The notes under the pieces were generated by a model. The model saw only the letters and a program-made list of their open reading frames with translations. It ran no database searches and was not told the origin of the DNA. Shown piece by piece: positions 45,948-56,712 of a stretch of DNA of 64,000 bases (its first letter is position 1; every line of letters begins with the position of its first letter). Source of the DNA: Mayamaea pseudoterrestris. Its lineage: Eukaryota. The position numbers and the translations under genes are program-made. The stretch lies in the NCBI GenBank assembly GCA_027923505.1, contig BROI01000017.1, positions 310,001 through 374,000 on the forward strand, given 5' to 3'.

Positions 45948-46367
45948 TTACGCCGACACCCGAGCTCCATTCGTTTCTCCATTTGCTTTGATGCGCTTCT
46001 TGTCGGACCACTGCGTCAAGAAGCGCAGAAACAAGAGCGAAAGAAGGAGACGAAGAAGTTCCGACAAGGCATTCGTCTGCGGCTTGACGGTATCGAAATC
46101 TACCGATCCTTCCAAAGAAGACTCATCCGATGCCATGGAATCTTCCTCGGCACTTGGTTTGAGGTCTGTATGGTCAATAGTCTTGGTAATGTCAGTCTTC
46201 AAGGTGGTGGTTGGAGATGGATTGGCGACTGGAACAGCTGCTGGCTTCGTTGTGGCTGCAAATGACTTGGGCTGAGCGGAAGGAACGCAGCACGAGAGCA
46301 GCTTGCTCCACGGTGTTCCGCCAGGTGGCAAAAGGTCAAAGCAGGGAGCCTGGCTAGGAGTCGACAT
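45948..46367 (-). CDS. Small hypothetical protein with a C-terminal hydrophobic helix
   Basis: 139-aa ORF filling the gap between flanking genes. No family recognised. Confidence 0.45.
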   Translation of the reverse strand: MSTPSQAPCFDLLPPGGTPWSKLLSCCVPSAQPKSFAATTKPAAVPVANPSPTTTLKTDITKTIDHTDLKPSAEEDSMASDESSLEGSVDFDTVKPQTNALSELLRLLLSLLFLRFLTQWSDKKRIKANGETNGARVSA

Positions 46368-46619
46368 CGTGCTTGTATGATGGAAGAATGGGAAAGAAAG
46401 AAGAATGGTTCGAGTGGCTGTTCATTTGAAGGATTTCGTGTCGCAGACGCGGACGGCGCGGCAAAAAAGGGTTCGGTGGCATAAAGTCGGACCGGCACCG
46501 TTCATCCACGATCTTCTGGTTCAACGTCACCCCCTTTTGGCGATCTTTCATTTCGCGCCTCCGGCAATCCGATTCCGTCTGTAGACTTGATCACATATCA
46601 CATCGTTTCGACCAAAACC

Positions 46620-47612
46620 ATGGCAAAACAACCATCGAGGACGCTACAAATAGTAACGATACTTGTGTGCACATTAATAGATGTAACACATTCATTTGCT
46701 CCTTCTAATGCGCAGCAATGCCATGCATCATTACGGAGCTGCCAATGTCCGGTCAGCCCTGCTGCACCATGCTTCCCAGCCGCCACAACAATAATTTCAT
46801 CCACGCAACTGTACCTTTTCGACTTTTTCAAGCAGCAATCAGAAACTGAATCGTCAGAGATAAAAATTGAAACCATCGAAGACTCGACACAATCGCAACG
46901 AGCAGACGAACCAGATTTGGTGGAAAAGATCTTTGGTGTATTCTTTGGCAAGCCAGAGGCGAGTCCAATGGGTTTGAAGCGCTTTGGTCGATCGGACTTT
47001 CCGGAACAGTATCCGGCTACCGTTGATACATGGGCCGATCCTGTCGACGGAGACGACAAGGAAGTGGCCTTGCTGCGACCGTTGTTGAAGAATACCAATT
47101 TGGAACGACGACGCCTGAAACTCGCCTATAGTGCCAATGCGAATGGCTGGAACGCGGCGGCCTTTCATAAGGCGGTCGATAAAAAGGGACCGTCGCTTGT
47201 TGTTCTTACTACAACTTCAAATCAGTTAGTAGGCGGCTACAATCCAAAAGGCTGGGTCAGCTACGGAGAAGCGCGAGGTTCGATTGCAGCATTTTTGTTC
47301 GTCAAAAACGCCGACGGATCATTCACCAAACTCCGCAAAGTCGGCGGCCCAAGCTTGGCGCAGCTCGACTATCCAGAGAGTGGCCCAATGTTCGGAGCCG
47401 ACTCTCTCATTGTACCACTTGCCGGTGACAATCCGAAATTGGCGCGAAGCAAGCTCGGGAGCTACTACGAGCGCTTTGCGGACGGATGCAACTCGGTGTT
47501 TGGAGCCAAGCAGGCGTCGGCGCCGCTGCGTGAATTCAAAGTATACCAAGGTGTCTATGGCGAAGGGGAGTTTGTTCCGTTCACTGATGCAGAACCATTT
47601 GCCTTGTACTAG
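46620..47612 (+). CDS. Plastid TLDc-domain protein
   Basis: Presequence ends VTHS-FAP. TLDc motifs AYSANANGWNAAAFHKAVDKKGPSLVV, VGGYNPKGW and GPMFGAD. Confidence 0.85.
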   Translation: MAKQPSRTLQIVTILVCTLIDVTHSFAPSNAQQCHASLRSCQCPVSPAAPCFPAATTIISSTQLYLFDFFKQQSETESSEIKIETIEDSTQSQRADEPDLVEKIFGVFFGKPEASPMGLKRFGRSDFPEQYPATVDTWADPVDGDDKEVALLRPLLKNTNLERRRLKLAYSANANGWNAAAFHKAVDKKGPSLVVLTTTSNQLVGGYNPKGWVSYGEARGSIAAFLFVKNADGSFTKLRKVGGPSLAQLDYPESGPMFGADSLIVPLAGDNPKLARSKLGSYYERFADGCNSVFGAKQASAPLREFKVYQGVYGEGEFVPFTDAEPFALY

Positions 47613-47698
47613 TGCCAATGGCGACGAACATCTAGAGCAAACCAATAAACCAAACAAGAATTATTTAATGCATATTAATACCCTGTCATAGCAGCGCT

Positions 47699-50443
47699 TT
47701 ATGTCGTGAGAAAATCGGGAAGAAAAGAATTGACGCCCAGAATACGAGCCTTGGTGTCTGGAAAGTGGCCGTCCTCCGTCTTGGCTCGAACCTTGCCCTC
47801 GCGCGTCACCTTGATTGGATAGGGCATCAAGTACGAAGTCATTTCACAAGGCTCATCTTGTGTGTATAGCTTCCAGTTTGCTTCAGCAATTTCGTTCACT
47901 CGGTTTACGCAAGCAAGACTTGAAGGTTCCGCAAAAACCTTGTCCAGTACACCCGTTGTGTGTGCCCAGCACGCCAGTCGAAAACCATGGATCTCTCCGT
48001 CTCCGATGCGAGTCCTGTCAGCCAGATGATCCTCCTGCCAGTAACCCATAATGAGCTCGCTATCACGATTTCCGTCAAGCGACCGTTGATTCATGTTCGC
48101 TGAGCCAATTAAGGCGACAGCGTCATCGACGATCGTCATCTTAGAATGTACATAGACTGGATGACGGCGAGTCTTGGCCAGTAGCTCCTCCTTAGTTCCC
48201 GGCTTTGGTGTATTCACGGCTTCGCTTCCCTTCTCCGTCTCGCGATTCCCCAAACAGTAAAAGTTCAAATAGTCGGTTGGTGAGGCATCAAATGACTTGT
48301 CGTAAGCTCGCTTCCGGGAAATGGCAGCGGCAACGGCTGTGTACATTCCTTCCATCGTCAAATACTGCCAGTAAAGAATTTCTTGCACCGCTGACGACTC
48401 GGGAATGCCTTCTGACCACATCGGGAGAAGAATATAAACGGCAAAACGTTCGTCGGCTTCGATCTTCTGGCAAATCTTGAAGACCAGCTCAGCTGCAACC
48501 AAGTTGCCGCACTTGACAGAGCTGTGAGCCTTCCATAGGTGTGAGCTGCTCAAAAAATACTGATTCTCAATGTAGATTGAATGTTCAGCCCGACGGATTT
48601 GGTGAACTAATGCTCGATGCGCACTTGTGTCCGTCTCAATGCCGCGATTGTGAAAGATCTTGCCCTGAAAATTAAATCCGTGAATGCTTTCACTCTCGAA
48701 TCGCTTCTCGTAGACAGGCCGAGGGTCTTTGAGCAGAACCTTTTCTCTTTTCTTGACCTGCGGCTTCTTGTCGGTCTCGCTAAAGGTAACGCCTTCCGTC
48801 TCGTCGAAGTCCTTCGTCCATGAGTTGACTTCACAAAGCTTTGCCGTTCGATCATCAATCGAGCGAAATAACTGACAGCTCCATGGTCGCTTGCTTTCCT
48901 CTGAACGCAAAGCGCCTCGGATTCCAAGCTTGGTTGTATCGACAAGCGTACCCTTTTGCTCCTCCGATGCTTGGCTCATCCATCGTTCCTCAAAGTTTTG
49001 AATCATATCAGTGAGCGCAGGCCCGTGCTCAAGTCGCGAGTGAATGTCATGCCACGGCTGTCTTGGTCCAGTCTTATTCTCGTCTACGATTGGCGCGCAG
49101 CCATTATAAAAATCGTCAGCGTGGGCAGTGGCAAGCGAACGGAACAATGGGTATTTGTGTGTTTCGTAGCGACCATTTGTCAAGTCAATTCCTCCGACAT
49201 ATCCAACTAAAGTTCCCTTGTGATCGCAAACAACCATTTTCTGATGGTGAGTGCACGTGATGGCGTTACGCATACCAAGAAAGGGGTTGTAATGTCCGCT
49301 GACAATCGGCGCTAGACAAAGATTAATCTTGGTGCCGGCGCAAAAGTTTCGCAGATCCTCGTCATACGTGCCCATTACACCCTGCATAAGCATATTCGAA
49401 GTGCGATCGTCCCACACGAGAACATTGACCGTGACTCCTTCGTCAGCCTTTTTCTTGAGTAGCTCGCCAATGTACGGCGAATACTTTCCAATTTTGATTG
49501 CTTCATCCTTCTCTTCGTCTCGCAGAAGACTTTGCTTGTGATCGACAGACCATCCAGCTACATAGACAAAATGCTTAGCGGAACAAATGCTCTCGTAAAT
49601 GTCGCGCCAGCAGCGACCAGCCTCGTAAACTTCCTCCGCAATAGCACCATCCATAATCTTAAACGATCCATCACGAGTTTCTGGATGGTCGGCGTTTATG
49701 TAGAACCTGACGTCGCTAGTGTTTAAATGAGGTTCAAAATAGGCACCTTGAATGCCAACGTCGCCAGTCATCAAGTGCGATGGAACAAACTCGACAACAT
49801 ACTCGAGCGTTCCATGTCGGGGCTTGTCGTCCAGATTGACAATACGATGAATTCCCGTTCGAAGCGGCAAATCGTTTCTGTCCAGCTTGATAATGTCTTC
49901 CACTGGCAAAAAGGCCTTGCCAAGCAAGTCAATCGTCATGTTCAAATCCAAATCCTTGACGCGGAACTCGAGTGCGTTCACATAATTGGCAATAGGAATG
50001 AAAAATTCTTGCTTGAATTCCGGGTCCAATTGATTGGCAATCGCAACCGTCTTGAGCAAGCGATGGCTCCCCGCCTGCACCGTCACGTATGGATCCGACA
50101 CATCGCCAACAACAACCGAGCAGCACTTGGCATCCGTGCAGGCCCACGCTCCCATGCAGTCAAAATTGCGCAGATTCTGCGCGCGGACAATTTGAATGCG
50201 CAAGTAGCCGTGCAAAAGAATGCGCTTGCGATTGTCAACCATGTGAGTTCCAGACAAGCGATCCAGCAAGGCTGCCTTGCGATCGCCCGATGAGGATGAT
50301 CCAATGCTGGACTTGCTCATGCGACGTGATGACATTTGCGGCGATGGCTCTGATGGCTGTGAAATTTGCGATGGTTGCGAGTCATCCCTGACGGCAGGCT
50401 TGGGAGTCTTGCTAACAGTGCGTTTAAAAATACGCATTGGCAT
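47699..50443 (-). CDS. PLD: C2-domain phospholipase D (plant PLD alpha/delta-like)
   Basis: C2 domain (SDPYVTV), two HKD motifs (HHQKMVVCD and HSKMTIVD), GGIDLT, PWHDIH, IYIENQYF and IGSANMNQRS. Confidence 0.93.
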   Translation of the reverse strand: MPMRIFKRTVSKTPKPAVRDDSQPSQISQPSEPSPQMSSRRMSKSSIGSSSSGDRKAALLDRLSGTHMVDNRKRILLHGYLRIQIVRAQNLRNFDCMGAWACTDAKCCSVVVGDVSDPYVTVQAGSHRLLKTVAIANQLDPEFKQEFFIPIANYVNALEFRVKDLDLNMTIDLLGKAFLPVEDIIKLDRNDLPLRTGIHRIVNLDDKPRHGTLEYVVEFVPSHLMTGDVGIQGAYFEPHLNTSDVRFYINADHPETRDGSFKIMDGAIAEEVYEAGRCWRDIYESICSAKHFVYVAGWSVDHKQSLLRDEEKDEAIKIGKYSPYIGELLKKKADEGVTVNVLVWDDRTSNMLMQGVMGTYDEDLRNFCAGTKINLCLAPIVSGHYNPFLGMRNAITCTHHQKMVVCDHKGTLVGYVGGIDLTNGRYETHKYPLFRSLATAHADDFYNGCAPIVDENKTGPRQPWHDIHSRLEHGPALTDMIQNFEERWMSQASEEQKGTLVDTTKLGIRGALRSEESKRPWSCQLFRSIDDRTAKLCEVNSWTKDFDETEGVTFSETDKKPQVKKREKVLLKDPRPVYEKRFESESIHGFNFQGKIFHNRGIETDTSAHRALVHQIRRAEHSIYIENQYFLSSSHLWKAHSSVKCGNLVAAELVFKICQKIEADERFAVYILLPMWSEGIPESSAVQEILYWQYLTMEGMYTAVAAAISRKRAYDKSFDASPTDYLNFYCLGNRETEKGSEAVNTPKPGTKEELLAKTRRHPVYVHSKMTIVDDAVALIGSANMNQRSLDGNRDSELIMGYWQEDHLADRTRIGDGEIHGFRLACWAHTTGVLDKVFAEPSSLACVNRVNEIAEANWKLYTQDEPCEMTSYLMPYPIKVTREGKVRAKTEDGHFPDTKARILGVNSFLPDFLTT

Positions 50444-50943
50444 GCTTTTGCAGTGTCAACCTTTCAAATTCGTATTGTGGGTTTGCTGTTTGCTACTTTA
50501 TCGTTTGCTGGGTCCACGCAACGCTTGTTTTGAAGCGTTGGATATGCATTGCTTCGCTGGCCGCGCTGATGGAAGCATGCAGACCTCCGAGTCGAATCGG
50601 AATGCATTCGAATGTTCTCGAAAGATTCGGTTCACGGGGCTATTCGGAAGTGAAACACGTGAATCACGGCACGACTCACAGGCTAGCTACATGTCCACAG
50701 GCTGCGTCTCTACAATAGTTAACTACCGGTAAGTAGCGGAGACGACACTGCGTTACCATAGCTCCGGTTAATATATTGCATATTAGCAAGTACTATATGG
50801 CAGGCCGCCAGGCTTGGACTAACAGCGGTTGTATTGACTGCAGCCCTCGCTGTACAAACATACATATATGCAGGTCCTGCACCAATACGAGTAGATGCAA
50901 TCGATTACTCATTCGCCGCAAGGCCGTGGCAAGGCAACTTGAC

Positions 50944-51982
50944 TTATAGTTCCTCCTGTATATGTTCTTCCTGCAGATGCTCCTCCGCGTGTTGCTCGTC
51001 GTCAAAGACTTCCTGCTGCTGCTCGTCGTGCTGTTCCTCGTCTCCGCCTTCATGCGTACCCGTATGTTGCTCTTCATCCTCCGTAAATTGCTGTGCTTCT
51101 TCGTCCATAGCAGGAATGTCATTTTCATTTGCATGCTCGTCCAAGTGTTCGTCGAAAGCAGCAGCTTCGTCGCTTTCAGTCTCCGCTGGCTGTTCCAACT
51201 CCTCCGGCGCTGCATCATCCAAATCACTGTCAGGAACATCTTCCTCGACGTCTTCGTTTGAAACAACCTCTTCAGTTTGCATATCTTCGTCATTAGGAAC
51301 TAGCTCTTGCGTTGCTCGCTCCTGGTCGACAGAATCCCCTTCATTTCTGACCTGACTCTCATCCGAAGCTTGCTCATCCGTCTCCACCTGTTGCGGAATG
51401 GCTGCTGCCGCTTCTGTTGTTTCTCTATCTTCTACTTTCGTCTGCTCCTGCGTTTTCTCCTGCCGCTGCTGCTTGAACGATTCTTGTTGCTGCATGCGTC
51501 GGTCAAACTGCGCCTTTAATTTTTCTGGATTGACGCCAACGTTTTCGCCGGGAAGTCGGACAGGCCGAGGCGGCACTGTTCGAACCCAAATGGCGAAGAC
51601 AATCATGAGAAGAAACAAAAGACCGCCAGCGTATGGGAGTAGTTTAAAGCATTGCTGCATTTTGCAAATATGAATAAGCGAGAGTGAGTGATGCGTCATT
51701 GAATGGCGGTGGAAAACCTGTTACACTTTTATGGCTCTGCGCTACCAGCCTTAATAACATGCCATCGCATCAGCTTGATTCTAGTCACTTTGTGATAACA
51801 TAGCCTTTGCAATGACAAGGTGTCAAGCATGCGTCAATGCTATACAGGGTGCAGCAACGTCTCTGCTGCAAGCTCACCTCGCGTGCTTCCTCCTGCTTCT
51901 CCAAGCGTAACTTTCGCTCCTCTCGTGTCTCGGGTCGCTGTCCACCAGCTGACTTGCTTTTGCTACTCTTGCCGCGGGCCAT
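50944..51982 (-). CDS. Single-pass membrane protein with an SMCO4-like N-terminus and an acidic tail
   Basis: An intron at 51877-51655 joins MARGKSSK..ETREERKLRLEKQEEARE to QCFKLLPYAGGLLFLLMIVFAIWVRTVP. The E/D/Q-rich tail ends IQEEL. Confidence 0.65.
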
Positions 51983-52152
51983 GGTAGTTGTTATTGTTGC
52001 TGCTGTGATTGTTTTCTTCGCATGCAGGCAAGGTGTCGTCTCGTCTTGTCCTTGGATCCAAGAAGTGGAGGCGTCAGCGAAGTCAGTGTCAGAGCGGCAC
52101 TGTCTGCGACATTCAATGACGTTCATCGCGCACCACAATTTCCGAAACGACC

Positions 52153-53547
52153 ATGGCGACATCAACCAAGTCCTGGCTGCATTCGTTAATGCTTTATGGT
52201 CTAATTTACGCTTCTACTAGCTTCACATCTCCAGTAGGTGTCGTTAAATACCAAAGAAACCACGAATGTCCAGATAATTTTAATTGCATAAGAGTACTCG
52301 ACATCCAACGCCGATTTCATTCTACATCATCATGCCATGACGCATCATTGACGCGACTATCTGCACTCAAAAACATTGAGCTCATTCTCCTCGATCTTCC
52401 ACTGACAGAAAGTGATGATGAGACGGACTCTTTTCTTATTCCACTTCCATCTGACCACTTGCCCCGCGAGCTATCCACCATGAGCGTCTACGGCATGCAG
52501 CTGTCACTTCCCATTCACCAACTCGTCGTTCAGCGAGCCAAAGATGAGCATCGCGGCATCTTTGGACAAGTTGCGTACAAGCCAAACGACAATGATTCGT
52601 GGGTTGGAGCGATTGGTTGCGCCGCTCATGTTTTGTTGTTGGATAAGGGACCTGATGAAAATAATGATGAGAATGATAAAGTCAGATCCATGGCAAACGA
52701 TGAGGCGCAGCCACACATGGTTTTGGCTCAAGGCAAGTGGAGATTTGTCATCAAGGAAGTCAAATCCACCATTCCGTATCCTGTTGTTATAGTCGATGAA
52801 TTAGAGGACGGAGATGTTGTGCAGGGTCTTGTCGAACCAGCAGCAGCAGCAATTAGCATTGATTCACTCTACGCCGGCTTGTCGCCAAGCAAACTCGTGG
52901 ACCAACTTTTAGATGCCATGAAGACGTATGCGAAACAGCAAGTAGCTGCTCTCGAAATTAATCAGCAAGTGTCACCGCTCGAACAATCCATTGCCGCTGA
53001 CATGACGGTCGACCTCTTTATGCAGCGGGCGGCCGAGAAGCGAGCAGCGGAAGAAACAGCCGCCATTGTTGACGTTGTTTCAGTGTCGCTGCAAGATTTT
53101 TGTGCAACGCCTGCCGAACAGTACTACTGCCTGAGTTTCTTGGCAGCCGAAGTGGCTGGCTTTCCAAATGACGCGCGATGCAAGTGTCTCGTCATGACGG
53201 ACGCTGTAAACCGGATGCGATTCGTGTTGCAGACGCTCAACGAAAAAGTTAGTCGCCAGCAAGCAATGTCGCTGGCGGAGCTTATCACTGCGCGACAAGA
53301 TGAAGATGAAAAGGATTTAAAAGTGGGTGCGCCGACTCTGCCTCCATGGGCACGACAGATTCGAAAGGGTATGCGACTCGAGTATTACTGGAACGAGGAA
53401 TGGGAGTGGTGCGTTGGAGAAGTGGTGGAGGAACCCTTGTTTATTGTGGATGAAGTCATTTTGATGGTGCACTTTCCAAAGGATGGAAGCACCCACAGAT
53501 TGCCCGTGACTGCCGACGAGAAGGCTCGCTGGCGGCCACTGCAATGA
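52153..53547 (+). CDS. Plastid-targeted protein with a LON N-terminal (substrate-binding)-like domain and a C-terminal Tudor-like module
   Basis: Presequence ends ASTS-FTS. LON_N-like segments AIGCAAHV, LAQGKWRFVIKEVKSTIPYPVVIVDEL and RCKCLVMTDAVNRM. Trp-rich beta tail. Confidence 0.6.
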   Translation: MATSTKSWLHSLMLYGLIYASTSFTSPVGVVKYQRNHECPDNFNCIRVLDIQRRFHSTSSCHDASLTRLSALKNIELILLDLPLTESDDETDSFLIPLPSDHLPRELSTMSVYGMQLSLPIHQLVVQRAKDEHRGIFGQVAYKPNDNDSWVGAIGCAAHVLLLDKGPDENNDENDKVRSMANDEAQPHMVLAQGKWRFVIKEVKSTIPYPVVIVDELEDGDVVQGLVEPAAAAISIDSLYAGLSPSKLVDQLLDAMKTYAKQQVAALEINQQVSPLEQSIAADMTVDLFMQRAAEKRAAEETAAIVDVVSVSLQDFCATPAEQYYCLSFLAAEVAGFPNDARCKCLVMTDAVNRMRFVLQTLNEKVSRQQAMSLAELITARQDEDEKDLKVGAPTLPPWARQIRKGMRLEYYWNEEWEWCVGEVVEEPLFIVDEVILMVHFPKDGSTHRLPVTADEKARWRPLQ

Positions 53548-53968
53548 CGCCATCTGTCACTCCATTCTCGCAACACTTATCATAGCAACACGAAATAACA
53601 GTAGCTCGTCAATGAGCTGCGCATTGACCCTATTTAAATTTTCGGTTCACTACATAGTGTGGCGTAACCTTTTATGTTGATGACGTTACATTGATTGGAA
53701 AACTCGCCTATTTTTCCGACTGCCAATTGTGCGGCGGGGAACGCTTGGATGAAGGATTTAGTGATTTGTCTTTCTTGTGAGAGTCTGAAAGCCAGCCACA
53801 TACTGTGCTAATACTCAGCTCCATCTTTGTCGCGCAGTCGCGGAAGATCTCGTCGCGGCCAAAACGAGTCGTAACGGTTATCGATTTTCGTTCGATGCGA
53901 ATCATGCGCGAGATCCTTTGCGGCCTCCTTCTCCTTCCACATCATTATCTCATAAAGTAACACTCATC

Positions 53969-54904
53969 ATGACTGACAACGATAAAAACATAACTACCCT
54001 CACGCATGGCGGCGCCTCGTGCAAAATCCACGCATTCGGCGCGACAGTCCTTTCCTTCATGAGCGAAAATGGTCGAGAGAATCTTTTTCTCAGCCGTGAC
54101 GCTCTCTTGGACGGATCCAAACCCATTCGCGGAGGCATTCCCATTGTCTTTCCCATCTTTGGGCCTCCACATGATGGAAGCATGCCGCAGCATGGCTATG
54201 CCCGATGCAACCTTTGGAAGCTTAATGGCGTTGTCAATGAGGACGTTGCTTCCATTGCTCGCTACTCGTTGGAGTTGAAGGACGTGACGCAAGGACTTGG
54301 CGAAAACAACGCGTGGAGCAAGGCGCAGGCTGCTCTCGATGGGACTGACTGCCGACTGGAGTATGAGGTGCGGCTTGAGAATAAGCAGTTGACGACAACG
54401 TTGATCATCAAGAACACTGGAGCGGATGCATTCAACTTTAATTGCCTGTTGCATTCCTACTTTTGCGTCGACAATCATGCGGCGCTGGACGCCACCAAGA
54501 CTCATATTGATGGACTTGGTGGATACGCCATTGCGGACAAGATTTCCGGCGAACGCGATCAGCGTGTGCAGTCGTACGATGAACCTGTGTTCGTTGGGTC
54601 GGCGCAGGAGATTGACTGCGTGTTTGAACATCCAGAGGCGCATCCAGTGGTCCATGCCAAGATTGCCGCTGGATCGACCACACCCAACCTTCGCCTTGAA
54701 GCGGCGGGTCAGGTGAATGATGAGGTGACAAGCGTTTCCTGCGTTGTTTGGAATCCTGGCAAATCCAAGGCTGATGCGATGAGTGACTTTGGATCAGATC
54801 AATATTCCGACATGATTTGCGTCGAGCCTGGCTTGCTGGGTCATCAGCCATTGTTGAATCCTGGAATGGAAGCGCGTTTGACGCAAAGCATTATTGCTCT
54901 TTAA
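53969..54904 (+). CDS. D-hexose-6-phosphate mutarotase (glucose-6-phosphate 1-epimerase)
   Basis: Motifs GATVLS, KPIRGGIPIVFPIFG, QHGYAR, LHSYF, VVWNPG and MICVEP. Confidence 0.92.
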   Translation: MTDNDKNITTLTHGGASCKIHAFGATVLSFMSENGRENLFLSRDALLDGSKPIRGGIPIVFPIFGPPHDGSMPQHGYARCNLWKLNGVVNEDVASIARYSLELKDVTQGLGENNAWSKAQAALDGTDCRLEYEVRLENKQLTTTLIIKNTGADAFNFNCLLHSYFCVDNHAALDATKTHIDGLGGYAIADKISGERDQRVQSYDEPVFVGSAQEIDCVFEHPEAHPVVHAKIAAGSTTPNLRLEAAGQVNDEVTSVSCVVWNPGKSKADAMSDFGSDQYSDMICVEPGLLGHQPLLNPGMEARLTQSIIAL

Positions 54905-54994
54905 AGATTAGCGCAGTAGGAGGAAAGAATGCGACAATTAGAGGCTGTGCAAAATTGCACCAACAATAGTAATGTTGTAACACCAATTTTCATG

Positions 54995-56386
54995 TTACTT
55001 TATTGTATTTTTGGTGCTAGGCGTAGGCTGCTTTCGAACAAGGTCAGTGGGAACCTTGCTTGGACCATTCTTGACGGGCATTCGCAAGAGCGAAGTTCGA
55101 GTGGCAACGTACAAGAAATTATCGCCGCCTAGAGTCATGGAATGAATCCGCGCAATAGTTGACAATCTCGCAAGAATGGTCAAGTCCGAGTCTATCAAGA
55201 GAATCGTATCATGCAATGCCCAAAAGATATGTCCCTTTTGGTCCACGACGATGAAACCTGGCTCGTCAAACTCATTGTCCAATTGCAGCAACACGCGAGG
55301 TTGGGTCTCCAACGACGAAGACGAATGTTCCTCGTCAACGTCGTCCAAAGCGTCGTCATTTTCGAGCGATACTTGTAAAAGTAGTGCAGTGCGACCATTC
55401 TGCACCGCCGTCACCAAAAGCGACTTGTGGTCATGTGAAAGTGCCAATCCTCCCAACGCGTCCCGAGTAAGCACAAGCTCTGGCAAAGGGCCAAGGTGGG
55501 TCCATTCGTAGTGGGCCGCTCTCGATTCCGCCAGTGACCCTATCGATGGTGCATGCACAGCATGCTTGATCACAAACAACGCCGATTGTTGGCATTCCTT
55601 GTAGTGATCTATGAAAAACAAATCTCCCGACGGCGTGTACTGGAGCATCGTGGGTTTCTCCACTCGTCGCGTCGTCGCCGATGAATTGCTCTTAACGCAA
55701 ACATTTGGAACCGTAGCAACCAGTGGTGTTCGAGCTCCGTTCTCCTCCAGTCGGACAATGCGTCCCTCACCCCATTCACTAACGACAAGTCGTCCTTCCG
55801 CAAAGTCCTCCTTGCCGTAAAAGTCAATGGCCATTCCGCCAGGACCAAGCTCATGCATTGTTGACGCATCACTGCAGTTTCGGTAAACGTTCGACCGACA
55901 CCCCGCTTGATTTAAATGCAGCGTTTTCCCAATCGCAATGGGCCCTCCTCCCGTCTCCCATCGCCAGACGCGACCCTGCGACGCTGGTGCCGCATCCGCC
56001 AAAAGCAAGTAGCCGCGATTCAAATCGCTATCGTGTTTCCATGTCATGCTTGTCACGTTGGTAAAGCCGTGCGTTTGGACAATTGCCAATGGATGTGCAA
56101 GCTCTTGAAGCAAGTCATTCTCAGTTGTGTCACTTGAAAATATGCATCGGTGATTCACGAGGGAGACAATCGACGAAACTTGACTGCAGATTGTGGATAG
56201 ATCAGAGGTGGAAGATGTTGCCGACAAGAGTATTTGGTGTGCGACTAAATCTCCCGTCACGGAGAGGCCTGATGTTCGAGTTGCAATCAAATAGGCTAGT
56301 GCTGGACCGAACACAAAGATCCATGTTAGTGACGGCGGTATGGAGCGAGGTAACGACGACATAGCGACATGATGTTTTCTCGTCAT
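54995..56386 (-). CDS. SMP-30/gluconolactonase-like beta-propeller protein with an N-terminal membrane anchor
   Basis: Hydrophobic N-terminal helix followed by propeller-blade motifs (GGMAID, LVVSEWGEGRIVRLEENG, GGLALSHD, GFIVVDQKG, FLYVAT). Confidence 0.7.
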   Translation of the reverse strand: MTRKHHVAMSSLPRSIPPSLTWIFVFGPALAYLIATRTSGLSVTGDLVAHQILLSATSSTSDLSTICSQVSSIVSLVNHRCIFSSDTTENDLLQELAHPLAIVQTHGFTNVTSMTWKHDSDLNRGYLLLADAAPASQGRVWRWETGGGPIAIGKTLHLNQAGCRSNVYRNCSDASTMHELGPGGMAIDFYGKEDFAEGRLVVSEWGEGRIVRLEENGARTPLVATVPNVCVKSNSSATTRRVEKPTMLQYTPSGDLFFIDHYKECQQSALFVIKHAVHAPSIGSLAESRAAHYEWTHLGPLPELVLTRDALGGLALSHDHKSLLVTAVQNGRTALLLQVSLENDDALDDVDEEHSSSSLETQPRVLLQLDNEFDEPGFIVVDQKGHIFWALHDTILLIDSDLTILARLSTIARIHSMTLGGDNFLYVATRTSLLRMPVKNGPSKVPTDLVRKQPTPSTKNTIK

Positions 56387-56712
56387 GGTCGAAACGCGCG
56401 ATATCAATGGACGCCGTGGTGTCGCACCGAATAACATTACGACAGCGTTAGGATCGCAGTGGAGTGCTTTCCGCGTTGTCAAGCGCCGAAATAGACACTC
56501 CTGCGCGATCGCTACGAGAAACCCCGAAGATGGCCGCGCGATTCGCTGCCAAGCAAATGCGTCTCGATTCGCAGCTTTCACGATTGTCGTGTATCCAAGA
56601 CGGAGCGGATACTATTAGCAATAGACGTTGTATAGAAATTGCAGCATTATCTTAGTAAATAAGCGCATATATTCATAAGCAGCGTATATAGCGCCAGATC
56701 GCGCGAGTTGTC

